In this document: positions 1 through 12,293 of the stretch, one piece after another | Layout of the letters: each line of letters starts with the position of its first letter | Numbering within the stretch: position 1 is the first letter of the stretch | Source: Azolla caroliniana | Lineage: Eukaryota > Plantae > Polypodiophyta | Length of the DNA stretch: 64,000 nt | Assembly (NCBI GenBank): GCA_043228905.1 | Contig: JBHGNT010000018.1 | Coordinates: forward strand, 7,316,001 to 7,380,000 | Reading direction: 5' to 3' | The notes under the pieces: generated by a model | Told to the model about the DNA's origin: nothing | What the model saw: the letters and a program-made list of their open reading frames with translations, nothing else | The model's database searches: none | Program-made: the position numbers and the translations under genes

Positions 1-44
1 TCGACAGTCTTTTTGGAATTGTCTAGATTTCCCACGATAAAAGT

Positions 45-500
45 GTGCGGAATACTGCTCGGCCACAATTGAGTGTCAATCACTCAATGGAAGAAAGTAG
101 AAAAATAGAAATAAGACGACACAAGATGTTAACTTAGAAAACCCTGATTGGGAAAAAACATGAGAGCCCACAGACTCCAAACAATCACTATGAGACAAAG
201 GATACAATGTGAGACTCAGAGGCAACGACTTAAAGCTCTATGTCTTTGTCAACCGGTGGTATACCCTCCTAATTCAAAATGCGCAACCCCTTTACAAGAG
301 ACCCCTCCCTCCTTTCATAGTCCAAGGAGGGAAGGACGTTACAATGTGGGATAAATATCCCCTTGTTAATTTATGCACATTTTTGAATGTACATGTGCAC
401 ATGGTGCACATCGCGACTTTGCCCATACCACTTGGTTTTTTCACTGTGGTCGGAAATCTTCACGATATCCGCCCCTACCAAAATCGCACATTGATCGGTA
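45..500 (-). mobile_element. Degenerate Copia-family LTR fragment (boundaries approximate)
   Basis: Shares blocks (ctcggccacaa, aaaccct..gggaaaa, gagactcagaggcaacgac) with the LTRs at 23351-23931 and 55138-55733. Confidence 0.5.
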
Positions 501-1464
501 TAAGCTACGACAAAAGTGAAGTGTGAGGGATTCTGACCGCAGTGAACAACCGGTCTTCCGTAATCCCCACCCCAACTACCGCATCGGCTTCAGCCGGTCC
601 CAAACCGTCGACTCATTCCAGCCTCTAGGTAGGTCGTTTTCCGTGACCCCTTTCTTACGCGTGCTTCCACCTTTGGCCCTTCGATCGACAGTATGCACAC
701 CCTTCGTTCTGCCGTTTTCCTTCTCCCGGGAGTTCGTTTCCTTGGTTGGCGGGGATGTTGTTGATATGGATGAGGGCCATTTCTTGTAATGCAACAAGAA
801 CACTCACTGTCTTTTCTGATCTTGGTTTAACAAAGAGGATGGGATCGTGAAGAGAAGGTTTCTTTGTGTTTTGTCCCATTTCAGGGTTTGTTAGGATTTT
901 CTATGCCATTCAAGCCTTTCAAGTTAGGGTTTTCTGAGGGTGGCATAGAACCTAGCCCCTTTGTTTGAGTTTCAGTAAGAGCTTTGGCACGTCATCAACG
1001 TCATCTCCAACGAACCCAGTTTCCTTCCTTTCCATGCTATCTTTTTCTTTGCTTTGCTCCCAGACATAATTATCACGATCTTGTTTTCCATGAATACATT
1101 CAATCATCCTTCCCTCTAAAACCATCATCCCTGACCTTCTTTCCATTCATCCTTCCTTGCTCTTCTCTTAGCTCACCCTCCTGTGCAATATTCAATAGTC
1201 ATACATTTTGCATATATATACCATGTACACCCGCAATTATATTTGCAACAATCCCACTCACCTATTCTGTAATAATTGAAAAAAACACACACAATTTGTC
1301 TGCATTGTAATCGGCAATTGATTAAAACCATCATTTCCATGTAATTAATTTTTGTCTTCATTGTAGTTCTTATCATCAATACCGTAAGCTAGTAGTTATG
1401 GATTCCATGGAAGAGGAGAAGATATATGTCAACGTTTGAGAGAGATCTCTGATGACGAAAATTG

Positions 1465-2066
1465 GTCAGATAGCGGCTGAGTGGCGGTCGACTAGAGGCC
1501 AGATAGTATCGGTCGATGGCCAGACAGTGGCCGACAACGGCCAGATAGTAGCAGCCAATGGCTGGAGTGGCCGACAATAGCTAAAAAATGACAGTGATTG
1601 GTCGGACAGTGGTCAACAACGGCCAAGTGCGGGTGGTGATTGGTCGAGTGGTGGCCAAACAACATCCAAGTGGTAGCCCAATAGTCGTTGGACAACGACC
1701 GAGTGGTGGCAGAATAACGACGATTGGCTAGAGAGTGGCTGACAACGGTCGAGTGCTGGTCGAACAATGGCGATTGGCCAAGTGATGGCCAAACAACGGC
1801 AAACAATGGCCGAGTGGTGGCACCTGGCCGGATAGTGGCCGACAGTGGCGGCCGAACAACGGCCAAATGAAGGCTGGATAGGAGCAGCTGAACAACGGAC
1901 GAGTGAAGGCCGGATAGCAACAACCGACGGCTGGACAATGGCAATTGGTCGGGGAGTGGCCGACAGCTGCTGAGTGGCGACAACGATTGGTTGGACAACC
2001 GCCAGACAATGGCTGAACAACAACGAGTGGAGGCGGTGGCCAAACAATGGCCGAGTGGCGGCCGGA
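1465..2066. repeat. Degenerate GC-rich minisatellite (gagtggccgacaa/cggcc-type units); continues at about 9100-9175 beyond the Copia insertion
   Basis: Repeated tggccgacaac/ggccgagtgg motifs on both sides of the 2067-9099 element; the overlapping ORFs are low-complexity by-products. Confidence 0.7.
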
Positions 2067-2118
2067 TATAAGAAATAAGAAATGGAAAGAGATAGATAGA
2101 TAGATAGATAGATTATAT

Positions 2119-3952
2119 TATCTTCTTCAGAAGTCAAACATGACCTATGAGACCAAAATATTACATTTCATGTGATACGTGTGAAAGTGACTAGTTACTC
2201 TTGATGTTCAAGAACTTTACCAATGAATGTTGCAATCGAGACTGCACATTGTGGTTGTGAGAGGAATTCATGCGAGGATTGGGCTCGGTCGAAGAGATGT
2301 GGAAAGCATGGTTGACTATGATCAAAGACAGAGCATTGTATCAACGTGTGATACTTAGATTCGCGAACTTGTTTAGGGCAAAGTGTGCATAGCCAACCAC
2401 TCTCATCACTTGTGCCCCAACCCCCTATCTCACATCATTGTGCATGTGAGCTAAGTTGCATGGAAGCAATGGTTCGAATGGAAGATAACGGTATGGGCTC
2501 TAACATGTATCGATGTGTACGGTTTCCTTGTTCCACAAAGAATATGGTTTTGTAGTTAGGTGCAACATGTGTAGTATAATGTGTGAAGCGTGAGGCTCCA
2601 CATTTGTCCCATGTTGTGATACATTGGCGTCGCAAAAGGCCTCATTTACAAAGGAATCTAGTGATGCATCATGAAGCCAGTGTCTCACGTCCCATCTACC
2701 AAACCATTTTTCTATATCTTGCATCCAACCGGAACACAAAATCTTGCTTTTATACGTCTTTTGGATCTTTTTGCTTGCTTCCCATGCAATTCCAGGAAGT
2801 CGATGTGAGGGACTTTTTTGAACCTTAATAATGTATTCAACAACCCTTTCCATGACCATGATCTCAATGGGAAGCGATCCTGTATCAAGGAGGAGGGTGT
2901 AGGGCATTTGTTTCCTAACTTGTAGAAACTTTGTAAGAAAATGTTTTTGGACATTTTCAAACTCTTTCCACATAGATTTAGGAATGCTACCGCCCCATAC
3001 TTCCACCCCATAGAGAAGAACCGGTGTCACCAAAGTGTCGAAAACATATTTCTTGAGGACGCAACACTTAATATCTCCAAGATTGCATGTGTTCTCAAAT
3101 GCATAGTATGCTCGCTTACCCGCCTCTAAGCGGCGTGCAACACATTCATTCCATCTATGATTTGAAGGAACTTCAAGGCCAAGATATTTGAAGCTTTCCA
3201 CACAATCAAGTGGCTCATTGTTGTACATAATGCATGGTTTATCTCCTTTTTGGCTCTTCACAAGCATAATCTTTGTTTTAGAGCTATTGACACTTAATTT
3301 AGTATGCATGCAAAGTTTTTCCAATGCATTCATAAGCTTTTGTGCATCTCCTAAAGTATTTACAAAAAGCACTACATCATCTCCATATAGCAAAAGCATA
3401 ATCACAACATTCCCAATGGAAACTTCTTCATCACATTCTTCCTTTGCAAACTTGGTAACCATTTCTTCCAATTCATCAATGCATAGACCAAATAATGTTG
3501 GTGAGAGTGGGCATCCTTGCTTAACACCAATAGTGGTTTTGAAAATATCTGAAAGTTTATCTCTCATACGCACACAAGATATAACCTTCTCATAAATTCA
3601 GGAAATTGCAAGCATATATTCACTTGGCACCTCAAGTTCTTCCATTCGCCTCTAAAGATGCTCATGAGGTACCATATCAAAAGCTTTCTTGAAGTCTACA
3701 AAACAACAATATAAACCTTTACCTCTAAGACGACTTTCCTCCATTAATACTTGAAAGGTGACAAGGTGATCAATGGTGTTGTGGTCTTTTCGAAAGACAG
3801 CTTGTCCATAAGCTCTCTTACCATTTTTTTCAGCCCATACACTTATCTTTGCTTCCATTGTACATCCAAATAATTTTGTAATTAATGAGCCAACAATGAT
3901 GGTCTGATAGTTGTTTACATTATTTACGTCTCCACCTTTATGTAAAGGTTCT
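2119..3952 (-). mobile_element. 5'-truncated non-LTR retrotransposon (LINE, RTE/RTEX-like) inserted in the Copia 3' LTR
   Basis: RT motifs CFVDFKKAFD (3652-3950) and GVKQGCPLSP, LLYGDD, FKYLG (2500-3573); LSSH and Cys/His C-terminal remnants. Confidence 0.85.
2500..3573 (-). pseudogene. LINE reverse transcriptase fragment
   Basis: KQGCPLSPTLF, YGDD (YADD-like) and YLG motifs; flanked by stops and frameshifts. Confidence 0.85.
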
Positions 3953-6900
3953 TTATTAAATGATTTTTGTCTTTCTCTCTCTATAACTAACCGACCACAC
4001 ATAGAGGAAATGTGGTGGTTATAGGTGCACCCTATTTTTGGGGTGCACCTTTTCATATAGTATAGCTTTTCGTTTTATATTTTATTTTTCTATTTATGTA
4101 TTCTACACTCATTAGTTTATTACAACAAACTCCCCTAAACTAATTAGTTGTGAATCGCAACAAGCTTCAAATTTGTTAGGAGGGAGAGCCTTTGTTAGAA
4201 AATCAACCCACGTATGATTTGTCGATGTAAACTCTAAGGTACGCTTGTTTTCTTCAACCAACTCTCGTATAAAGTGATATTTTAAATCCAGATGCTTTGT
4301 TTTCTCTGAGTGCTTTGGATTCTTTGTTAAGTAGATACATGATATATTGTCGTAGAAGATTTTCAATTGAAGTGGTTCACATAGTTGGAGTTTTAAGACT
4401 GTTTGCAACCATAGCCCTTCATTAGCACCCAACGCCACTGCTACGAATTCAGCTTCAGCAGATGAGAGTGTCACATATTCTTGTTTTTTCGATTGCCACG
4501 TCATTGTTGCTCATGCCATTATAAAAGAAAAACGAACCATAGATCTTCGAGAATCAATGTCTCCCCCCAATCCAAATCATACCAACCAACAAATGATTTG
4601 ATTGGTCTTTCAGATTGGGATCGTTTATATGTTAATCCATAGTTAGATGTGTGTTTTAGATATCGCATAACTCGTTGAAGTGATTTCCAATCCATAAGGC
4701 CGGGGTTATGCATAAAGCGTTAAAGATAATTAATTGCAAAACAAAGGTTAGAACGAGTTCTTGTGACTAAATATCAAAGTTTTCCTATTACTTGTTTAAA
4801 AGGAAATTGTTGCATAAAATTAATATCTCTTCTGTGGTTGCACAATCGGATATGCTTAACTTACATGTTAGTCAGAATGGAGTTTTGCAAGGTTTAATGT
4901 TTAGCATTCCGAAGGATTTCACAATTTCATTAATGAATTTATTTTGATGAATTATCAAAGTGCCCATACTACGATTACACGTAACTTGCATGCCTAGGAA
5001 ATAAGACAAGGGACCTAAATCTGTATTGAAAATGCTTCGGGAAGTTCTAACTTTGCTCGAGTAATTTCATATGGTGTTCTGACTATTGGAATGTCATCCA
5101 CATATAGTGCTACCACTAATAATCGATTGGATGTATTATTATGTCTATAATGTATATATTTGGTTTTGATAACAATCTAGAATAGCCATGTGAGAGAATA
5201 AAATTGTTAAATTTTTGAAACCATAACCTACAAGCTTGTTTGAGTCCATAAAGTGATTGATGTAACCAACACACATAGTTTGGTTGAGAGTGTGACTCAA
5301 ACCCAGGAGGTTGTGACATGTAGATTTGGTAAATCACCATGTAGAAATGTTGTTTGTACATCCAAATGAAGTACCTCGAGGTCAAGAATGGTGGGTAGAG
5401 CCATTAGGAGCCGAAACAATGCCATGCAGAGAACGGTTGAGAATGTCTTAGAATAGTCAAGTCCTTCGACTTGAGAAAAACCACGACCTACAAGTCGAGC
5501 TTTGTAACATGCAACAATACCATCAGGGTTTAGTTTTCTCTTCAACACCCATTTGCGTGAAATAGGTGAGAGTCTCAATGGGAGTGGTACTAGAGTCCAT
5601 GTTTTGGCCTCACGAGATTTAAGTTCTTTTTCCATGACAGTTTGCCATTCAACACGATTTGGACTTTGCAATGGCTCATTGATAGTTAAGGGATCATTAG
5701 AAACGTCTGATGTGGTTGAGGGGGAACCAAGAGCCGAAAATGCAAACTCAGGTTCAAATTGATGGTTCGCAACAAGGGTGTCTATTTTTTTTTTGTGATC
5801 ATAAAGATCTTGAATAGTACGAACTTTCTTTGGAGTGGATGTAGGGCTAAGTGAACTAGGTGATTTCGCAATGTCAGAACTATTTGTATGTTCTACATGC
5901 TGATTATTTGTGGAATATGAAGTATTTCTACATCCTATTTTAATTACTTTTGCATCGTTGTGACTAATAGTTTTCCCCTTGCCATTAAGGTGTGAGGATC
6001 ATCGTAGTGGGATAAGGATATTTTTAATAGGATGGGAACATGAATAATCAATGTGAGTTAGTTGTGTTCCATCTAAAGGTTTTTCCTTATGAGTGCTAAG
6101 ATGATTATTATGGCTCTTTTTAGTTTGAGTAGGATTAGTGTTTAAAATTGGAGTATGTACATCAATTTGTTGTGATTGTTTGGTTATTAGAGGCAATAAG
6201 TTAGAGTCATTGGTTGAACCTGAAACTTGTGGGCGGACCTATCGAGATGAGGGCATTAGTGGAGGAGGGTTAATTGGCATATGGTCAAGTATGACTTGTT
6301 GAATTTTCGAGGACATTTGTGGAGCCCGCCAAGAGTTAGTGGGTGATGATATTACTTCTTTATTGGATTCAGTGTTAAACATGGTAGTCACATCTTTTAT
6401 CTTTTCATAGCCATGATGTGGGTGAGGATTAGATATCAATTTATCTTCATCAAATATCACTCGTCGACTAAATATAAATCTTTTAGATTTTGGGTTGTAT
6501 AATCGATAACCGTTATAGCGATGAGGTTCTCCATACCCAACAAATATTGTGTGACCTGCGTGATTATGTAATTTTTGATCAAGTTTCTAAGGGTACAAAT
6601 GCATATGATGGAGATCCAAAGATTCTTTGATTTTCATAATTTGGATTTTTTCCAAACCACAAGGAAAATGGAGTTGTCCTAATTGATCGACTATATGTTC
6701 TATTGAATATATAACAAGCAGTTGAAACTTGAAACAACCTCTTCCGAGTATGTTCAGGGAAGGTTTGCAACGACGAGCATGCAACGAGTGGCATCCATAT
6801 ACAACCAGTTTCGTTGTTCAGCCCTTGAATTGTGGTGAGGTGTATATGGGATGGTAAACCTTTGTTGAATCCCATGGTTTTGGCAATAAGTTTGGAGGTT

Positions 6901-8876
6901 TTGGAACTTGAATTCTCCACCATTATCTATTGGTGTACTTTAAAGGGTAAATCTTGTTGATTTGTTACAAGTTTGTGATAGGCTTTGAATTTCTCAAGCA
7001 CCTTATCACTACATTTTGTCGTTAGAAACGTGACCATCGTGAAACGAGTAAAATCATCGATAAATGTTAGGAAATATACATTTCCAGATAGGGATGGGGT
7101 AGACAAAGGACCACATATATCCGTGTGTACTAGTTGGAGGGGTTTAGTGGTCGTTGTAGGATGGGATGGAAATGGCGAGTTAGAGAGTTTTCCAAATTAC
7201 ACCCTTCACAAAGGGTTAGTTTTGATTTACTAGGAAGAGTAAAACCAATTCCTATATGTTGTCGGGCCATGTGAACCATTGCTTGATGGTTTAAGTGACC
7301 TAATCGATAGTGCCATAGTAAGGAAACATAACTTGATGTGTTTGAATCATCTATGTGGTGTGCTTCTTCAGCAGGTACCACAGAGCGGACTAAAAGGTAA
7401 AGGCATCCTTGTCTTGGACAATTAACTACATAGCCTCGTCCAGAGGGTGTCTTATGATGAATGATACAATATTTGTGATAAAACTCAAAGAATGTATTAT
7501 CATTTGTGAGTTTATTGACAAATATCAAGTTTTTTGCTATGTTAGGTATATAATAAACTTAATTCATTTCAGTGAAGTTCCCATTAGAAAGTTCAAGATG
7601 GACAGTCCCATGTCCAAGGGCATATTCAACCCCATTGTTCCCAAATCTCACTGGGAAAGGATGTTCTAAGACCTTATAGTCTTTGAGTCATTCAACCCTT
7701 GAGGTGAGGTGACATGTGGCACTTGTATCAAGAATCCACATTGAAGTGGGAGAGTTGTTAAATGAAGTGAGGGCCATGAAGGCAATGAAAGAATCTTCAT
7801 TATCCTCATCAGAATTTGGTTCACTATGACATATGTCATTATTTTGATCATAGTCATCATGCGATGCATTGTAAGATTGGTCTTCTTTGTATGTTCTTTT
7901 CCCGTTGTTATCAGAATTCCTATAACAATCTTTTGTTTCATGTCCACTCCTTTGTCAATTTTTGCAAAAGGATCTAAGGAACCTAGATTTGTTATGATTC
8001 CTTGAATAATTAAATTTAGAGGTCCGTGAATAAAATTTGGAGTTATTAGGTTGGTATGTTGATCTAGGTTTATTGTAATTTGGATGTTTGATATAAAGTG
8101 CGGTGTGAGATGAGGAGGGTTGATTTATTGCCCTACGAAATATGTTTTCTTGTGAGATTGATGCAACTAATGTTGGGACACTAATGTTGCCTGATGTGGA
8201 TTTTGTGCTTATAAATGGTTGCCATGATGAGGGTAGGGCAGCTAATAAGAGGGCGGATTGAACAAAACTTGGCAAACTAAGTCTTGAAAGGATCACATCA
8301 TCAAGTCGAAGTCTCTAATTTTTGACAAATGTGTCAACATCATTATTTTCATTCATATTCATATTTATTAAAGTTTTTAAATTTGCAACTTGGGACATAA
8401 CGTCCGTATGGAGGTAATCAACCTCTAATCTATCCCATATTTGTTTGGAGGTAGTAAAGGTTCTCACACTTTGCTTAAGTGTGTCCTCCATATGAAAGAG
8501 AAGTTCTAAGCGAGCGTTTAAATCACGTTGCTTCCATGTTTGCACATCAAGTGCATTTGTGCGGACATTAATGTTGGGGCACACATCAGTTCCATTGACG
8601 ATACTTAACAAGTTATATTGTTCTAATATAATTTCCATGGTCATACGCCATGGTTGACAGTTTTTATCATTCAAATTTTCAATGTGATAAGTGCAAGATG
8701 ATACCTGGGCGGCATTTGCCGCCACATTTGCTATCACTCCAACATTTGACATGGTTGAAAATCGTTTCTTTAATTCGCAAGTTCGTTATTAACACCGCGA
8801 CACAATTCTTGGTGGGGTTGGACTCCTTCACCGCTCTGATACCATATAGGAAATAAGAAATGGAAAGAGAGGGAAA

Positions 8877-8931
<55 letters not shown>

Positions 8932-10459
8932 GAAGAAACTTTATTAAATGATGTTTTGTCTCTCTCTCTCTACAACCAATAGACCACACAAAGAGGAAAT
9001 GTGGTGGTTATAGGTGCACCCTATTTTTGGGGTGCACCTTTTCATTTTATATATTTTTTTTCTATTTACGAATTCTAAACTAATTAGTTTATTACAACAT
9101 CGGATAGTGGCCAGACAACGGTCGGACAACGGCTGAGTGGCATAGGTCAGGCAATCGACGACGAACAATAACGGACACAGACACCGCAATTGGGGACAGA
9201 CAAACATAGACTTCCCGTTGAAGGAGTCTTGTGAGGCTTAGAAGCCAAGGAGAAATCAAGAGAGGAATGAGAAGGAAAGCAACAGAAAGCGAGGAAAGAG
9301 AGAGCAGCTACATTAGCCGTGGAATAAATTGAAATGTAGCAGGAAATGGAACGAATGAAAGTGTAAGAAAGAGAAGCACAACGAGAACATAAATATAAGA
9401 AAAAGAAAAAGAAGACGAAGCAGAAGCAAAAGGCGAGTATGTGGTGGAGAAGGGAGAAAGCGTGGTGGCAAGACTACAAACAGAAACAGAGAGAAGATGA
9501 GGAAAGGAAGAAGAAGAAGAAGATGATGATGATGATGAAGAAAAAGACAGAGGGGCATACCAAAAAATTCAAATGCATGAGGGTATACAAAAAATTTCAA
9601 AAACATGACGGCATCCAAAGCAATTTCGAAATTTCGAAGGGCATTAGTGATCACCGAAATTTCAAAAGCTTGAGTGCAACAAACAAAATTTCAAAAAACT
9701 GAAGGGTATTACCAAGAATTTCAAAAACATGAGGGCAAATCCTAAAATTTTGTAAACTCACAACTCACATAAAATAAAAGAAAAATACACACAATATCAT
9801 TATTTCAAGACCTAAAAAAGAGTACCGAAGTTTCTATGTTCCTAGATGTTCCAACCGAACGGGTGGTTTGTGTCATTGGGTTTATGTTCGTGTTACGAGT
9901 ATTCCAGTCAATGGAGTTTTGACCGAGGCGATAAGAGAAGACCAAGGGAGTTCTAGTCGAAGGACCAATGTTCGTGTTTATTGAAGGCATGTGGGTTCAC
10001 CCGTGCAAGGCACTGTCCCACGGGCGTGCCATATGTGTTATCCGTGGGATTGTACGTGTATGAGTGAGTGTATAAGTGTTGGTAAATGGATAGATAAGTG
10101 AAGTCTTTGTATTAAAAGTTGTGTGTAAGTGTATGTGCAAATGTGCACATTGGTGTGAGTATATTAATACATTAAACACATGCACATTTATGTGAATGTT
10201 TGCAAATATGTAAAGTGGGTAGGTTGTTAGAAGGTTATGTAACAAACCTACAACCCCCATTGTATGTTCTTGATTTGTAAACCTCATGTAATGTACCTAT
10301 ATAACCCCACCCAAGGGGCATGAATGAAAATATAGAAAAAGTAGAAGTTTTGCCTCTCAATAACTGTGTGCCTCTCTTTTTCTCTCTCTCACTCTCCCTC
10401 ACGCTCAACCCCCTTCGGAGGGGGGTGGAGCCCTTCTTGGCTCTAGTCCCCCCCCATCA

Positions 10460-10763
10460 ACATCGAGCTTTATGTCTTACTCTCTCTGTGTCTCTCTCTA
10501 TACAATAATAACAACTCATAACCACCTATAAAGTGATTGCCCTAAGTCATATTTATACTTATATGACATTAGGACTATTTACAAATATGATCATGACAGA
10601 CACACTAGAAACATATTTACAACTATGTGCTTGGATTTGGTTCACACCGGATCCATCCAGATACCTTATGGATTCGTCAAGTCTGGTTCCTTCCTTTGGC
10701 TCGTCCGATCCAGCTCATCCGGTTCTCATCCGAATTCCATCCAGAGGGACTGAATTCCCAACA
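10460..10763 (-). mobile_element. Partial Copia-family LTR abutting a gag remnant
   Basis: Matches the 55138-55733 LTR (aaagtgattgccctaagtcatat ... ttcccaaca). Confidence 0.6.
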
Positions 10764-12293
10764 AAAGCATGTCCTCTTACCTCTGGACTTCAACCTAGCA
10801 CGAGATTTGTCCCTCTTCTATGGACTCCTCTGTTTGTTTGTTCCACTACTGGGGTGTCGAGTCACATTTGACTCCAACTGGGACAGGACACCCTTGTCCT
10901 TGCTTCTTATCTCCTCGTTCAAGATACTTGTCTTTACCACTCTTAGAGACAAGTTTTCTTCTTGACACGAGGTGCTTAGAGTCACCACCAGATTGTCCCA
11001 ATTGTCCGGCAGGGTATACAATAGCAACAGAGCCTGCATAACATCATCAAGGGGGAAATTGGCTGCCGCAAGTTGATTTACCAACCCCATGAATGTGTTG
11101 ATGTGCACCACTTGACTTTCATCATCATTGTACTTCACCCTTACAGTCCTTCTCATCAAAGATATCTTGCTGATGGCATTCTTCCTCTCGTACAACCCTG
11201 ATAACTTCTACCACATATCGTAGTCATTAGTGTCATTAGCCACATGCTGAAGGACACTCACATCTACAAATTGTTTGATGGTGGTCATCGCCTTCATGTT
11301 CAGGACTTTCCATTCGAACTCTAGTACCCCTGTGGGTATTTCTTCTCCGTCGATGGGCTCATACAAATTTTTGACAATGACAAGATCTTCCATTTTGATC
11401 TTCCAGTTAGAGTAGTTATGTGAGTTTAGTACTATCATACTAGGGACGCCACTCACATCTCCTTCCATTTCTACACCACAACTCTAATACCAATTTGACG
11501 GGAAATAGACGGTAGATCTAGGAGAAGTAGTAGACAAAAGCATTTGCACAACGCACAAACTGAAATATAACAAAGCACAAAGAATGCACAAAGTACACAA
11601 TATTTTATGTCAAAACCCTAAACAAGGGAAAACCACGGGAAACAGAAAATCACTATGACAAAGGTATACAAAAACAGGTTACAACACTCTTTTCTATAGA
11701 GTGTATCAACCCCGCAAGGCTCCTAGTGTCTAATCTCACACAGCTATGGCGCTGCTCACTCACACGCTCTCACGTCTCTCTCTCTCTCTCTATCACACAA
11801 CAAAAGTTCTATTCTGCATCACACTTCCTATAATGTTTGCCCTAGGTGTATTTATACTCATACACAGTATCGGCTATTTACAAATATAGTTGTTAATATT
11901 ATTACTATCTATTCATAGTAATAGCCTTAGTTGATCAGTCGACTAATCGACTCCTATGTCGATTGTCCAGTCGGCCTCGCTAGCTGATTCCCATGTCAGC
12001 TATCTAGTCGACCCGACTAGTCGGCCTTCTCCTTGACCTGGAGCATCCATGATGTAGTCGACTCTCTCTATCTCCTTCAGAGCAGTCGACAAACCTGTCG
12101 ACTCGCTGGTCGATCTGACCGACCATCCAATGTTCGGCTTGTCTTTGTTCGACTACCGACTTCTCTCATAGTCACCGACTATTGACTTCTCCCATAGACA
12201 CCGACTGTCAACTTCTCCCATAGACACCGATTGTCAACTTCTCGCATAGACACCAACTGTCGACTTCTCCCATACGAGAGACATATTCCTAAC
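10764..12293 (-). mobile_element. Copia 5' half: gag remnant (10818-11468), degenerate PBS (about 11481-11492) and 5' LTR (about 11496-12293)
   Basis: Gag motifs LNSHNYSNWKIKMEDL and ALLLLYTLPDNW; ctctaatacca PBS; LTR ends ...cctaaca. Confidence 0.75.
12155..12274. repeat. 26-bp tandem repeat (about 5 copies) inside the LTR
   Basis: caccgactgtcaacttctcccataga repeated. Confidence 0.75.

Larger units (their letters stand above)
2067..9099 (-). mobile_element. Full-length degenerate Ty1/Copia LTR retrotransposon; 5' LTR 8845-9099, 3' LTR 2067-2118 plus about 3953-4126 split by a LINE
   Basis: PBS (RC of tggtatcagagc, tRNA-iMet) 8833-8844; PPT next to 4126; gag (8315-8752, 7955-8296), GAG-pre-integrase LWHYRLGH (7130-7528), RT (5297-5671), RNase H (4112-4504); TSD ccgga/tcgga. 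Confidence 0.9.

Noticed and set aside
1492-2137. 183-aa and 174-aa ORFs as genes
   Set aside because: They are translations of a degenerate GC-rich minisatellite with no domain signal
9313-9702. Hydrophobic or Lys-rich ORFs as membrane or basic proteins
   Set aside because: They derive from a GA-rich low-complexity tract
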